From Gnetum montanum (lineage: Eukaryota > Plantae > Gnetophyta): a stretch of 64,000 bases of DNA. Location of the stretch: positions 284,362 to 348,361 of the forward strand of contig MNCI01001451.1 in the NCBI GenBank assembly GCA_015680685.1. The letters are read 5' to 3'. The position numbers were made by a program, and so were the translations under genes. Position 1 is the first letter of the stretch. Each line of letters opens with the position of its first letter. Below the pieces are notes generated by a model. That model had not been told where the DNA came from and ran no database searches. It saw only the letters and a program-made list of their open reading frames with translations. Of this stretch, positions 1 through 11,429 are shown in pieces.

Positions 1-172
1 TGTACACGGATTTCCATTCGGTATTTTCCAGTAACAGACATTTTTTGTCGTTACACAACTCAGCCTACATAGTTTCATTTTTTGAGCCAGCGTTTTGGGT
101 TGGCTCATTTGCCAAACTAGTAGCTTCGGTGGAGACAGATGCTTTAGTCTCAAATTTTATCACTTCTAAACC

Positions 173-3100
173 CTACTCCATGTCAACATTGTTTATTGCC
201 TGGGTAGCTACTTCATCACCATAAATCACCACCTCCCTGCCTGCATAAGGTAGGTTGATTTCTTGATGTATGGATGAACAGACAATCCTAAGTTGGGCTA
301 ACCATGACCTCCCCAAGATCAAGTTGAACCCAGGCATCTCTTCTACCATGATGAACATTTCACTTGTGGGAAACTAGTCCACTACCAGAAATTTAATGTG
401 AACAGTCCCCTTGACCACCACCCACTCCCCATTGAATGAATTCAAAGGTTGTCATGGGTTTGATTTGATCCACCAAACCTAGTTTGTCCACTATGGGGAA
501 TGGGATGACATTTGTAGTAGCCCCATCATCAACATGTACTCTTCGAATCTTTTGTTGAACAACCTGAATTGTGATGAATAGGGGTGTTGTTGTGGCTTAG
601 CCCTTCTTAGGGTCATCCTTAATGGACTCATCATGGAATGTCAACTAGGATGGTTGTGGTTCTTCGGGTGTAGAAGGAAGCATGATCGCATGGATTACTT
701 TCTCTTCCGTCAACATGTTTTCGTCAACTGGTATGGATGTTAACATGTGAACCAAGGCCTTGCGGTGTATAGTGGAGGTCATTACTAGGTCATATAGGCT
801 CAAGGTTGTAGTATTTTGTTTCAGAGCCTATTTGACCTAAGTAAGGGTGTTTAGGAGGTCCTATCCACTTTCTTGTTGTTTGCCACCCTTCTCTTCCTCC
901 ATTCATCCTAAAAGATAAATTTCTCGAGGGGGAGCAGTTTCAGGTTTGGGATTAGATCCTTTTGGATAGGATGGCAATGATCATGTGCATGTAGTGGCAT
1001 CAACTGTTGATGATGGAGGGGCATAGACACGGAGGATGAAGGGGTAGGCTTGGAGGGACCTGGGGTAGTACGTTGCTTGGTCGTTTCGTCCATCAGACGC
1101 TCTTCCTGTTTCTTTGAACAGTAAGGCTATGATGTCTTCTTAGGTTGGCTATATGTGATGGGGAAAATTGAGTGTTTTGGCCCCCTAATGATGAACGGTG
1201 CTTGTGGCATTAGTGTGGGCAGTGATGTAGTTTTCAATATGAAGGGAGCAGGGGCAGATATCTAAGGAAGGACATTGAGGACGAATGGTGATTACAGTAT
1301 CTTTTTTGCCATTTTTGGTGTTGCTATGCTATTTTGAGGCACATGAACCACAAATGGCTGTTGTGGTAGTTCTGGGTTACTATTTATGCCAATCATGTTA
1401 ATAATGTACCCTACATTGTTAGCATTGAGGGGGTCCTTGTAAATGTCCATAGATTGATTTTCAGGGCGGATAGGATTTCTTTCATCTAGAACCAACTTCC
1501 CCTGATCAATCATCCATTGGATGTCATCTTTTAAGACTAGACAATAATCTGTGTTTTGACCACAAAGTTAACGGTAGTCACAGAATCACTCCAGCCTGAA
1601 ATTCTTAGGAACTAGCGGCTTGTTGGGCATAGCCAAGGAGGGGTTCCTAAGGAGTTTGCAATACCGCTGATGCTATTTATTCGTCTCCTCTGACATCTGC
1701 TTATGTTGAATGTACCCAGCCCCCAACAATTGCTTTAGAAGTTTTGAAGGCTTTATAGGTAAAGGGGTGTATTTAGAGCAGTCTTTCCTCTCGAAGTTGG
1801 CTTTAGGTATGGTGCTAATGTGGAGGATTGGGTAGCATTACTTGAGTTAGGCATGGGGTTAGTTGATGTTGTGGCTGCTTTCTTATTATTGTTGCTATTG
1901 GGCTTTGCCTCGTTTGCCACGGCGGCCACCGTGGCTATTGCTACTTTGCCCTTCTCTTTGTCTTTTTTGGTATATGCATTTTTATACACAACATAGGTCA
2001 GGTCCTCACTAGCTTCGGCCATGTCTTGGATGCTCTTTGTCTGGGAAAAAGCTTGACTAAGAGAATGTGGGGCTAGGTAGTACAACTTGGATTTGATGAA
2101 ATATTCACCACCCCCTTAAAGATGACCATCAAATGGGCCTCCGCGATAGGCTCACAAATTTCATTCAAGGTAGCGCTCCACCGCTATATAAAATTTTGCA
2201 CTGACTCTAGTGGGTCTTTCTTAACGCCCATCAACTAATCCAGCATGACTTCACGCTTCAAGTTATACTTGAAGTGGATCACAAACTGGGTCAGGAGCTC
2301 CTCCAATGTTGAGATGGAGGTGTGCGGTACCAGTCTAAAGCTTTATCCATCAAAGACATAGTAAAGATGCAAATAATGATGTGTAGGCCCTACTACAATA
2401 ACAAATATTTAAACCTAAATGTTACTAAATGCACGTTGGGATCACCTTCCCTGTTGTATTTTGTGAAGTGGGGGAGTGGCATCCCAGGGGGTAACATGAG
2501 CATAGGAACTGCCAGGCTGATGGGGTCATCATGGTAGAAATCCATGACCTGCACCATGTTGGAACCGATGGCTTTGAGATGTTTAATCTCTTTAGTGAGG
2601 GTCTGGATAAGTTGGAACGCTTGATCCATACCTAGATATGACGTTGATGATTGTGGGGTTGTAGGGGCAACCATCATTGGTGGCATAGTAAGGACTAGCG
2701 GCCTAGCTCATAGGGGGTGTCGTCGAGGTTGTCCTTGCGAATGGTATTACCTATGAGGTCCACCACCCAATGGGTGGTGCTATTAGATCAGTAGCCGCTA
2801 GTGATGTTGTAGGGCTAGTCATTTGCATGACTGATCGGACGAGTCATAGTTCCATGCATGGTTGTGACACCTATGGGACTTGGTACACTTGGTGGTAAGG
2901 GTAATGTGACATCTGGTGGGATTGTAAAATAGGGAACGAAGTGGCTAGGATCCACATGTGGTTGGGGTTGGGCCTACCGTTGATGGTGGAATAGGTGTAG
3001 ACAATGGAATAGGAGTGGAGACTCCATGCAACTGTGAAGTAGACATAGTGTGCACGTAGGGCAACGTAGCTGTGACTAGTGCCTAGTACAAGGATGGGAC

Positions 3101-3620
3101 AGAATGAGGAGGGAGAGTGCCTTGGAATGAAACTAAGGGATGAGCATGCTGATACGCTGAGGGTGCAAGATGGTTGCACATGACTAATGAAAATGTAGAT
3201 TGGGGTAGATTCGTGGTAATCACAAAGGGGGTTGACACAAAAAGCAGATTTGACCTGAAGACCATGGTGGGAGTGATGGTCACAGGGTGAGTCTAGCCAC
3301 CACCCTTAGATTGGGAGTCCAGGTCTTCCTATCCATCCTAGAACATCTCATCATAATGAGACACCATCTCTCTTTGCCTAGACTTACTAACTTGCATCAG
3401 TTGGTCTAAGATCCACTAATACTTCTTTGTCAGGGGGATGATAATGTCAGGGGTAGGGATAAACTCCCTCTCGTTCCGATGAAGGAACTTAAAATTGCAT
3501 TTTTCCTTGAGTTCTTGGTAATCCAGGGGTAGATTTTCTTGGATCTTTACACATATGAAGTCGTAACGCTCTAGGTCTTATGGCAAGAACTCAGGTCACA
3601 AGTGTCGAATCCTAAGGGAC
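173..3620 (-). pseudogene. gag: Decayed gag-aspartic protease of the Tat-type element
   Basis: Retrotrans_gag-like PHFTKYNREGDP..H, a downstream Cys/His-rich segment (~1545-1590), and protease VDDGA...LILGRSWL; interrupted by stops and frameshifts. The 5' limit is approximate. Confidence 0.7.
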
Positions 3621-3951
3621 TGGCATGGCGCCAGCACTGGGCTAGATGGCCACTCAGCACCCATGGTGCTTTGAGCTGAGAAAGGAGCCTCAAGGCTCGA
3701 GGTGAAAATAGCAGTTGTTGGCAGAATCATTTTGCATGATAAAAGGTAAATTTTCAAATGAGAAACATGGAAATCAATAGGATATTTGAGGCTTTTCATC
3801 CTACCGAGTTCCAAAGGAACCATCTTCGTGACCAATCTGCATCACATGATGTGTAAACAACCACAAAAGGGTTTCACATTTATGCTAGTGGATGAAGGGA
3901 TATAGAGAGCATGCAGGACTACCTGTAAGATGTAAAAATGGCACCAAAAGG

Positions 3952-3968
3952 CCCTCCTTCTAGCTCCA
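3952..3968 (-). promoter_or_regulatory. Primer-binding site, tRNA-Asn(GUU) type
   Basis: Minus strand reads TGGAGCTAGAAGGAGGG, one mismatch from TGGCGCTAGAAGGAGGG (complement of the plant tRNA-Asn 3' end), 5 nt from the LTR end. Confidence 0.75.
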
Positions 3969-3973
3969 AAAAC

Positions 3974-5866
3974 TATAGCGACCGAAAACGTTGGTGGATG
4001 GAACATCGAGAGGTTGTCGAGCAAATAGTTTAACTCTGAATCCATGCGAGGACCGTGCTAGAGAGAAATAGAAGCGAGGCACCCTAAACAATCTGGTTGA
4101 TTAGATAGGGACTTAATCAATGTATCTTAACCTTTTGTAAATTTTTTTTTTGGAAGTGAGACAAGCAAAGTAAATCAATGATTGATGAATGAAAAATGAT
4201 GAAAATAGTGCAAAACAATGCTTATAGTAAGAAAATAACAAATAAAACTTGGGTGAGAGAGTGCACCACCCCAAAGGTCATGAATTTGATTCTTTGCCTT
4301 GTTGAAAGATGTACAACAGGTTATGCAACACTTGAGAGACACTGCTTACACCGAACAGTATAGTCACAAGTCTTCTGCTTACTACTCTGCTTACTAAGAA
4401 GTCAAAATTCTTGACTCACAAAGGGATGTTTGGAGCCAACCAGAGAACTTAAAGGTAACCAGAATGCTCAAAAAAAATGTCAACTATGCTTTTTAAAAGC
4501 CAACTTAAAAGCCAATTGCAGAAAAAAGCCAACCATCCAACGTAAAAAAGCCAACCAATGTGAAAAAGCCAACCCTTTGAGCATTGTTTGTCGGGGTATT
4601 TATAGGGGAGCAGGAGAGAAACATGGTCTGGATACCACGTGTCCTAGACCCCACAAGGTGCTAACATGTCTGTACCATGTAGGTGTGCAATGCCGAATGT
4701 GAACTTTGTTATGCTATGACTATACTACTGAAACTGCATGTGCTAAAATCCAGTGTGCCAATAATGTAAGAAAAATGGAGCATATGCTCTAGGACTACGT
4801 CTTCCCTACTCTTACAAGTAGGTTCAAGCATAGGAACAATTTTTTGGAAGTTGACCAGGGGTATGAAAAATAAAGTAAAATTGTTGATTTCTCCAAGGAG
4901 ATGCCAGAGTGAGAAAGATTTTTTCCAACAAGTTCTAGAGCTACCCCAAGACATCTTGATGCTTTTGTACTAGTGTTGCACTACTCACGCTATTGAGCAC
5001 ATTGGCGTAGTGTAAGTAGCTGCTTGCTACACTATGCTATGCTATGTAGCGTAGCATAGCGTAGCCACTGGTCTTGACTGAAATTTGCATAGGAGCTAAA
5101 AAGCATTTGTCTAAGGCTTAGTTAGGCTAACAATTGCATCTTTTGTCCTTCATGCCGGGAAGCCTTTGGACTTGCTGAATTCATGTTCAGGACACTTCTA
5201 TTATTTTTTGTATTGTTGCTACACTGTGCTATGCTATGTAGCATAGCACAGCGTAGTAACTAGTGTGTCATGCTACCTTGGTCAATCCATCATTTTCTAG
5301 CAAGAAAATTTGCTCAAGGCCTGAGGACTAACTGGGGAAACCAGTTTTGGAGGCCGAAGTCTTACTAAGTGCAGTCTTGTTGTTGGAGTCACCCATCAAG
5401 ATGGGCCTTTCTGCTTTACTATTGCTACACTATGCTACACTACATAGCGTAGCACCTTGTGTTGGCTGAATCCTGACTTGTCTTGCAACCATTTTTTCAA
5501 CTTGCACTTTGGACACTTGAGCAGTTATCTTTCAAGGCTTGCTACACTGCATAGCATAGCATAGAGTAGTAGACTTCTTCACTAGAAAACTTGCCGAACT
5601 ATTTTACTCATCTTGAACACTTTCAACAACTCCTAGCATGGTCTCAGGGTAGACTGTTAGCTGGATCAATTGTCCAGTTGGGCAAGCTAGAGAGTCCAGT
5701 GGGCCTGTCAGCTCTGGTGATAGAAAACTTGCTAGACTGGACAGTCTATGCTTAGTGCTTACACTTTCTTGCCAAACCATCATGACACTACACTTGTGGA
5801 AGTCCTTGCCCAAATTCCAAGACTCTGTTGAAGCATGAGAGTCCTTAAATTTTATGGTGTTTCACA
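3974..5866 (-). repeat. 5' LTR of the Tat-type element (~1.9 kb)
   Basis: Starts TGTGAAACACC on the minus strand, has a TATA-like CCCCTATAAATACCCC near 4600, and ends ...TTTTCGGTCGCTATA before the PBS. The second LTR is not in the window, so the outer boundary is inferred. Confidence 0.65.
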
Positions 5867-6429
5867 CACATCATCATAGCTCACCACAGGACTCCGTAGA
5901 CCATTGCAGTCCACTACACACCGTGGTGGCCAGCACAGCAACCATAGGCACCATGGCAAAATGTCAACCTTCATGGCTAGACATCCCAAGACTATGACTA
6001 CACTATCCACTAAGCCTGTTGTACACCATGTACCTTCTCACCCCTTCTAAGCTTAACTACACTCAACCCCATTTGGGGTGGTGCCGCTTTCTCTCTTGCT
6101 CTCTCTGTGTGCATTTTTAGTATTTTTACTTGCATTTTGGAATTTTACTTGTATTTTTAGTTGTTTTCATGCACCACAATGCATTGACACCTTTTTTTTG
6201 CACTAAAAATCTTGACTAGGCTTGCCACCATTCACATCGCTAACACCGCAAACACCATTCAACACTTAGCATTATTTGGCATTACATTTGGTAAGTCCCT
6301 TTTCAATCAACTAGATCGTTCTAGGCATCCCATCTCTACCTCTAGCTATCCCTCACACGAACTTGGGATTAGAACTACACAACTGCAAACCCCTTGGTGT
6401 TCCAACCATTGACATTTTTAGTCGCTACA
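5867..6429 (+). repeat. 3' part of a related LTR in opposite orientation (solo or 3' LTR)
   Basis: Ends ...GACATTTTTAGTCGCTACA. Its last ~40 nt align with the end of the Tat LTR, and both share TTTGGGGTGGTGC. No PBS follows. Confidence 0.6.
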
Positions 6430-6644
6430 TATACATAAACACAATGTTCAATACAACATTTGTTGTATTTTTGTTCCCTCATGAAAGCATTGAATCTTTC
6501 ATAACACTATATCCATGCCTATTTCAAGTTGGTTAAACTTTTTTTAATAAGATATTATATTGTTAAAAATAATATTTAAGACAAGAAGTATCTTATTTTT
6601 AAGATTTAAGTCCTCCTATCTTAAATCTTAAAAATAATATTTAA

Positions 6645-8109
6645 GATGGGAGGGCTTTTTTCAAGGGAAGCATGCTAAACATAGGAAGTGGACAAGTGCC
6701 AAAGTCAACTCTACTACAAATTTTGTAGCATGCAGTGAAGCTCATTGACCACTTTCTGGTCTAATCAAGGAACATGTGCAAGTTGTAAGGTGTGCATTTC
6801 TCATTAATGAAATGCATGTAGCTAGAATAGGCTACTAACCTTCCACAATTCATCCTAGTAGCACTCTTGTGGTAGAGACAAGTTCATCACTTGGGTTTTA
6901 TTTTTTCCCTATGGAGGGCTGCCACACCTACAATCCCATCATAGCCATGGGTTAAATCTTGCTTGGTAGTGTATGCTAGAAGGTTGTCTAGGTGTTGGGG
7001 TTCAACTTCAACTTTGGCCTCAGCACTAACACCAACTTTGGCATAGGCCCCAACCTTAGACTAGGAGGTGGTTGGGTCTTTGAGGGGACAAGAGATGCTT
7101 AGGCTACCTTCCTTAGACTAACTCTCTTAGGTGTTCCAATAGTAGTTTCTCATAGAGCTTCAAAGGGCAACATAGGAGGCTATAGAGCATGCTCAATGGG
7201 AAGAACTAGCCCTCTGGGAGGCCAAATGGAAATCTTGAGAGGAGGAATTCCATCAACTTATGACATAGGTGAAGCTACAACATGTTGAGATGGAAAAGAA
7301 GGCCATGAGGTAGCAAGAGTTGCAAGAGGCAGTAGCTAAGATTGTATTGATAGATGAGCTGAGCACATAGATCAAGGCTGAGCTATAGCAAGAGGAGCAA
7401 CAAAGAGTGACATGAGAACAAGAGGAACTGCAACTTTAGGAATGATATTGGAAGGAGGCTAAGTAGTTACAAAGGTAATAGGATAGGGGGCATGAGAATA
7501 ACGCAAGACTCTAGCTCTGAGAAGGCAAGTGCTCATATGTCATTATGAATATCAACTACAATACATCATGGCTTTCATTGTGTTGAAACATCAAGAGGAT
7601 TATTGCTCAACTCCCTCTTGAAAAGAGGCAGCATTCAAAGCATTCCAAAAAATTGTAGCTTTTGTCAACATAAAGAGGCATTGTGCAATTTTGCAAGTAC
7701 TGCATTGTGCAATTTTGCAAGTGCTTCATTGTCAAGACCTAAGTGACTTTAGGGTACTGGGGTCCCTACTAGTGGGTAGGAACAACCCACTAATTTTGGC
7801 TTCTATTTTTTCCACTATTGTTTTTGGCCACAAAGAGAAAGCTTATGTCATTTATGGCTACAAGGACTTTCACTCCATTCTTCATCAAATGGGTAGAAGG
7901 GTCTTACTATTTTTCTTTAATCTTTGTCTCTACTTTGTTTCCTTGTGCTCTAGATTGAAGGTTCCTAGGACCTACCACATTTGTGTCATGTTGAGGGGGG
8001 AGTGGGTTCTCCTCCCCATTGTTGGGGGCATCTTACCCTCTTACAATTTTTGCTATATATAGCTTGCAATTTCTCTTAATATAATCTCTCAAACTTTTCT
8101 CAAGAAAAA
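6645..8109 (+). mobile_element. L1-clade LINE copy A, 5'-truncated (extension region and 3' UTR only)
   Basis: Family 3' tail TTAATATAATCTCTCAAACTTTTCTC-A(n); probable TSD AATATTTAA (6636-6644 / 8110-8118); encodes KLIDHFLV..TNLPQFIL and AFKAFQKIVAFVNIKRH. Confidence 0.75.
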
Positions 8110-8251
8110 AATATTTAAAGTACAATCAAATTATTCTTAGGATCATAATAATCAACCAATATGAGAGGATGCAATAAACTAATATATCAAGATTACAATC
8201 TAATTCTACTATCAAAATAAAAATTATAATCATGTAAGGCTCAAACACTTA

Positions 8252-11200
8252 GGTAGAATTATGATATTCTAACATATGCATGCTAGACTTAGGAGCAATG
8301 GGTGGGAACTCAAGGAGCAGGGGTAGTGCAAAGGACGATGGAGTGGACAGAGGCAATGGAGGTGACAAGGTGGTAGGGCTTTGTGTAGAAGCAAGACCAA
8401 GAGTGTTGTCAAGTGTGGGATCTGGAGCCAAAGATAGTGGATGTTTGGGGCTTGGCACTAGTGGTGGGGATTTGGATCTAGAAGCCAGGCACCCTAGTGC
8501 CTTGGGGTTGGGGTATCGAGGCATGTATGTGCAATGAGGATTCTATGTAGTTTCATGTGAAGGCTACTCCCTCTGAGCAGATGAAGACCATTGAGTTGAG
8601 TTTGATTAGAAGATTCATTTCCATGGGGACTAGCCACAAGCTAGATCTAGTCAAGATGTAGGTGGCGGTGCATTGGGGGTTCTTCTCTATAAAGGTATGC
8701 AGCCTCTAGGGGAATCTTTTTCTTTTTATTTTTCAGTCTACTATGGATATAGATAGGGTTCAGATAGGTGTTCCCTAGTTCTTTAGGGCACAAGGACTAG
8801 CCTTAACACACTGGAGGCTAGGTATGCATCATGACTCGAACCTTTTCTCCAAGGCCCCTATGTGGATTCAAGTCTTTGGGATCCCATGGGAATTCTAGAC
8901 CATGGATTTTCATAGAACCCTAGCTAGGCTTTTTAGGGAGTTTATCTCCTTTAATAGAATCACCAAGTCCATGGAGTGGATGGGATTCACTCATTTCTAT
9001 GTTTAAAGGTTGTTGTCACCAAAGGACCTGATTAAGAAGGTTGTCCTTGACCTCCCATTAGGGGAGGAAAAAGTAGCTATCAAATATGAGAATGTGTTTT
9101 CAAAACCGTGTATGGTGAAAAAGCCTATCATGGTTAAACATTATGGTACCTCTGGTAAGGTGGGTCACTTGACAAAAGATTGTAGGATGGGACATAAGCC
9201 ACCTAGAAAAAATAAAATAGAGGATGGCTGGATGATTATAACCTAAAAAGAAGGTTTACCTCAAGGCCCTTTACAAGAGGTGGTTTCCCCAAGGGCAGGC
9301 TACCATGTGTCGAAGTCACAAGGGACTTTAGGAAGGACCCCATTAGCATCACTAGTGTCACTAGGATTTCCCATGAAGGATGCTCCTTGGTTCCCAAAGG
9401 GTTGGGACCTCACATTTTTGGGAGGGAAGCTACCCCCCTCCTTGGGAATTTGGTATCAGTAACTCTGACCTTCTAGCTACTATGTGATGTGTACCAAGAA
9501 AATCCAATGCTTTGAAGGCTAGTGTCATGGGTTGGATGGGTAGAGGTGCTTTCCCTATTGTAGCATGAGTTGAATATAGAGGATGAGGCATTTTTCACTA
9601 ACTAGTAGGGGATCATACTTTTTTTAGGGGATATGGATTACCCTCAAGGAGGAGTTGATTACAACGATGTTGGGGGTGCCAGCTGGGGGGAGTTATTTTG
9701 GCCATAGGGCATGGACTTCATGATGCAAATGTGCTCTTTTCAAGCTTGATTCCCAAGATAGGGGATGGCTAGATCTTGAAGTTGATGCTATTAGAGCTCT
9801 GGCAAGATGTGGTGGAGTTGGTCAACCAATATATCATCCAACCTAGTAATGTGTAAAAGCTCCAGGGCATGCACTTTACCTTCAGGAGGTACATGAGGCT
9901 CAAGTGAACTATTAATTTGCCACATTTTTTCTTGAATATGTTATGCGAAAGATGGTGAGGGAGGTACTCAAGATTGATTCTTGCACTTTGAGGACCTCAC
10001 AAACATTGGCCTCCCTTATGCCTAGGGGTACCCTCATTAGGATTATGTATAGTTAGCAACATTTAAGATGTGTGCCACCAATGGTTTTGGACTTATCAAG
10101 TAATTTGGAGGAGGCTAGGGATGGTCCTATCTTACTAGATGCACTAGCAGATACAAGTCATCAGGATTCTTTTTTGGGAAGGCTTATCATGCCCCTACAA
10201 GGGTTGCATGCAGAGGTGAGGTTGGGAAAACATGGCAATGATTGTTTGGTTAGGATCAACTCAAGGGATACTATAGGTTCAAGGTCTCTACAACTAGCTA
10301 CATTGATGGCCAAGGTTGCCAAGGAATTGGCAACTTGGTTAAGGGAGGAGGAGATGGCTTGTTGGGAGATTATATGGGTGGAACAAGAGGTAGAATTTCA
10401 TAAGAAGTTGGAGGCAACTGAGTGTCATCACATGGAAGTAGCAAGAGAGGAGAGGTAATAGCAGGATTTGGCTAAAGCTGCTACATGGGATGTGCTTGAG
10501 GCAGAGCTACAGGAAAGCCTCAAGGCTTAGCTCTAATAGGAGGCTAAGGCCTTGGATAGTTGAAAAAGATAGGAGCAAGAACGTAGGATGAGGGAGGAGG
10601 AGGAGGCCTAGATGCAAAGAAGGATAGATAGTGCACAAAAGAATAATGCCTGGACATGGTTGCAGTAGGGATGGTGCCCTTATATCATCATAAACATTGG
10701 ATAGAATATGTCATGAAGCATGCTTCACAAATATATTTGGTGTTAGGGGTGTGAGATTAACCCAAATGGAGGGGGTGATCTGATGGAATGCACCATGATG
10801 GAGGTGGCCTTCAAAAAATTTCAAGAGGTAGCGTCTTTCATGGATTTAGAGAGGCATCATGTCATGCTTGATCTTTTCAATTTTCAAGAGGAGGTTATCT
10901 ACGCTTGCACATATCTCTTTGTTCATTTAAAGATAATGAGTTGGTTAGGTTTTGGTTGATCAATTAGTTGAAGTGGGGCTCCTTTTGACCTGACATGCCA
11001 TTCATTAGGAGGTTTTAGGGTATGTAGGGGATTCTCAAATTTGGGCATATCTAAGTGTTTGGTAGGATAGGGATTCTCAAATTTGGGCATATCTAAGTGT
11101 TTGGAAAGCTAGGGATTTTTCTCCCACCCTACCACCCCCCACCCCCCCATCCCTCCCCCATCAACCCACCACACCCCNNNNNNNNNNNNNNNNNNNNNNN

Positions 11201-11418
11201 NNNNNNNNNNNNNNGGGGGTTCACCCCCTATTTTTGGGTGGGGTTATTCAATATTTTTGCATTGGGGGTTCACCCTAGTTTTGTGTTTGGGCTTCTCCCC
11301 ACCCTCTAGTTTTTTGTTGGCTGTGGAGGATTTCTCCCCACTTTTGGCGTGTGATGTACATATTGGATCTAATAGTTTCAATTAATACAATGACTTGAAC
11401 TTTTCTCAAACAATAAAA
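8252..11418 (+). mobile_element. L1-clade LINE copy B, internally deleted (ORF1 + extension, no APE/RT)
   Basis: TSD AAACACTTA (8243-8251 / 11419-11427); Gly-rich ORF1 start MGGNSRS (8298); DUF4283-like region and knuckle GKVGHLTKDC; extension 9459-~10900; family 3' tail. Confidence 0.8.
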
Positions 11419-11429
11419 AAACACTTAAT

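Larger units (their letters stand above)
1..5866 (-). mobile_element. Ty3/Gypsy Tat-type LTR retrotransposon, 5' half (5' LTR, PBS, gag, protease); continues off the left edge
   Basis: Minus strand: LTR ~5866-3974, tRNA-Asn-type PBS at 3968-3952, Gag motif LPHFTKYNREGDPNVHL (ORF 2393..2686), protease RRVHVDDGATTNVIP (~546-502) and FNLILGRSWL (ORF 173..358). Many stops. Confidence 0.8.

Noticed and set aside
4495-4575. Spaced short repeats (AAAAGCCAAC) resembling a CRISPR array
   Set aside because: Degenerate ~10-bp minisatellite inside a plant LTR, with very short irregular spacers and no cas genes.
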